From an uncultured delta proteobacterium (GTDB taxonomy: Bacteria > Myxococcota_A > Polyangia > Fen-1088): 64,000 bases of DNA. Positions 62,596 through 64,000 of the stretch are shown here, in pieces (the first letter of the stretch is position 1; each line of letters begins with the position of its first letter). The DNA is taken from positions 2,656,001 to 2,720,000 of the forward strand of contig CAVYGB010000008.1 in NCBI GenBank assembly GCA_963767925.1. The letters are read 5' to 3'. Both the position numbers and the translations under genes were made by a program. The notes beneath the pieces are model-generated. The model saw only the letters and a program-made list of their open reading frames with translations, searched no databases and was not told where the DNA came from.

Positions 62596-64000
62596 ATGTC
62601 CGAAGAGTCGCCGTCCTCGAGTTCGCCCCGTAGCCCGAGCCCTCGTGACAGCAGCGTCGAGCCCGCGGAGGGCTCCGCGTCATCAGGACCGGAGCAGGCC
62701 AGGAGAGGGCCGGCGGGCTCCACGCCGTTTGGACGTTACCGGCTGCAGTCGCGCATCGGGTCGGGCGGGATGGCCGAGATCTTCCGCGCCGTGGCGATGG
62801 GGGCGCAGGGCTTCGAGCGGACGGTGGCCATCAAGCGCATCCGCGACGAGGTGGTGGAGCTGGCCGACATCGGCAAGCTGTTCGCCGACGAGGCGCGCGT
62901 CTCGGCGCTGCTGGACCATCCCAACATCGTCCAGGTCTACGACTTCGGGGCGGTGGACGGGACCTATTACATCGCCATGGAGTACCTCAAGGGGCGCAAC
63001 CTCGAGCAGGTGCTCTCCGCGCTGCGCGAGCGCGGCCAGCGGCTGGCCCCCTCCCTGGCGGTGCTCATCGCCCGCGACGTTGCTCGGGGCCTGGCCTATG
63101 CCCACGGCCTGGCCGACGACAAGGGACGGCCGCTCGCCATCGTCCACCGCGACGTGAGCCCGGCCAACGTCATGCTGTCGCACATGGGCGCTGTGAAGCT
63201 GCTCGACTTCGGGATCGCCCGCATCACGAGTGAGCTGCGGCTGGCGGTGACCCGCGGCCGGGCGCTGCGCGGCAAGTGTCCCTACCTGGCGCCCGAGCAG
63301 ATCACCAACGAGGGGGAGGCCGACGCCCGCTCCGACATCTTCGCCCTCGGCGCGGTGTTGTGGGAGATGTTGACCGGCCGCCGGCTCTTCGTGGGCTCCT
63401 CCGACTTCGAGGTCCTGGCCAGCGTGCTCAACCGCGACCTCCCGCCCCCCTCGTCGATGGTGCCCGGGCTGCCGGCGGAGGTCGACGAGATCGTGCTGCA
63501 CGCCCTGGCCCGGGACCCCGACCAGCGGTTCGCCAGCGCCGGTGCCCTGGCCGAGGCGCTCGAGGAGGCGGTGCAGCTCCTGCCCAGCCGCTACCGCGAC
63601 CTCACCTCCCTCGTCGCGAACCTGCCGCCTCAGCCAACCGAGGAGCTGCGGCTGCCGGTGGCCCCGCCCCTGTCCGACGATCGCCGGTTCGAGATCGTGT
63701 TGCCCGCCCTGCCCACCCCGGCTGCCCTGGTGGGGATCGCCGATCCAACCAGCCTCGAGCAGGCGGGGCTGCGCAACGAGGAGACCCGCAAGGTCAGCAG
63801 CCCGGAGCTGCTGGCCCGGCTCAGCCGGAACCCCGACCGCAGGCCGACCCTGCCCGGCCGCGTCTCGCGCACGCTGCTGTTCACCCTCGGCGTGGCGCTG
63901 CTCATGTTCGTCGAGAACCTGACCAGCCTGATCCAGCCCGAGCGCCGCCTGCCAACCACGCCCCGCCAGGCGACCGCGGCCGAGGTCGTCGTCTTGCCCT
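62596..64000 (+). CDS. Hanks-type Ser/Thr protein kinase with C-terminal TM (partial, runs off the window end)
   Basis: Manual translation: AGGAG RBS; IGSGGMAEIF, VAIKR, HPNIVQVYDFG, HRDVSPANV, DFGIAR, YLAPEQ, SDIFALG; TLLFTLGVALLMFV TM near 63870-63910. Confidence 0.92.
   Translation, partial: MSEESPSSSSPRSPSPRDSSVEPAEGSASSGPEQARRGPAGSTPFGRYRLQSRIGSGGMAEIFRAVAMGAQGFERTVAIKRIRDEVVELADIGKLFADEARVSALLDHPNIVQVYDFGAVDGTYYIAMEYLKGRNLEQVLSALRERGQRLAPSLAVLIARDVARGLAYAHGLADDKGRPLAIVHRDVSPANVMLSHMGAVKLLDFGIARITSELRLAVTRGRALRGKCPYLAPEQITNEGEADARSDIFALGAVLWEMLTGRRLFVGSSDFEVLASVLNRDLPPPSSMVPGLPAEVDEIVLHALARDPDQRFASAGALAEALEEAVQLLPSRYRDLTSLVANLPPQPTEELRLPVAPPLSDDRRFEIVLPALPTPAALVGIADPTSLEQAGLRNEETRKVSSPELLARLSRNPDRRPTLPGRVSRTLLFTLGVALLMFVENLTSLIQPERRLPTTPRQATAAEVVVLP

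Overview
Very GC-rich chromosomal segment from a myxobacterium (phylum Myxococcota). The assignment rests on mglB-mglA, an aglR/Q/S-like motor operon, an elbB-E-like ether-lipid operon, PEGA/TPR/OmpA envelope proteins and a Hanks-type Ser/Thr kinase. About 50 protein genes are present; I saw no rRNA, tRNA, CRISPR array, transposase or integrase. Housekeeping genes include PBP1A, a membrane pyrophosphatase, pckA, ettA, tal, a non-str-operon fusA, dnaX-ybaB-recR, and clpB-dnaJ-like-lon. Many conserved genes carry extra bases. In the cases I traced these often fall at codon wobble positions and look like two merged alleles, so I treat them as assembly-consensus artefacts rather than pseudogenes. 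Most notable: (1) at least 11 genes have a TANNNT box 5-8 nt before the start codon and no Shine-Dalgarno, suggesting widespread leaderless mRNAs; (2) an ether-lipid operon with a LarA-like protein, abutting a lipid kinase; (3) PBP1A-aglRQS-divergent H+-PPase colinearity; (4) an unannotated acidic 60-aa ORF followed in frame by a 32-aa Arg/Trp/Lys repeat ORF; (5) a Zn-ribbon plus Tudor-like protein; (6) a DUF4266-DUF3570 pair lacking its usual ApbE/thioredoxin neighbours; (7) an 11-mer shared upstream of clpB and lon. All family calls are from motif recognition by eye; no database searches were run.
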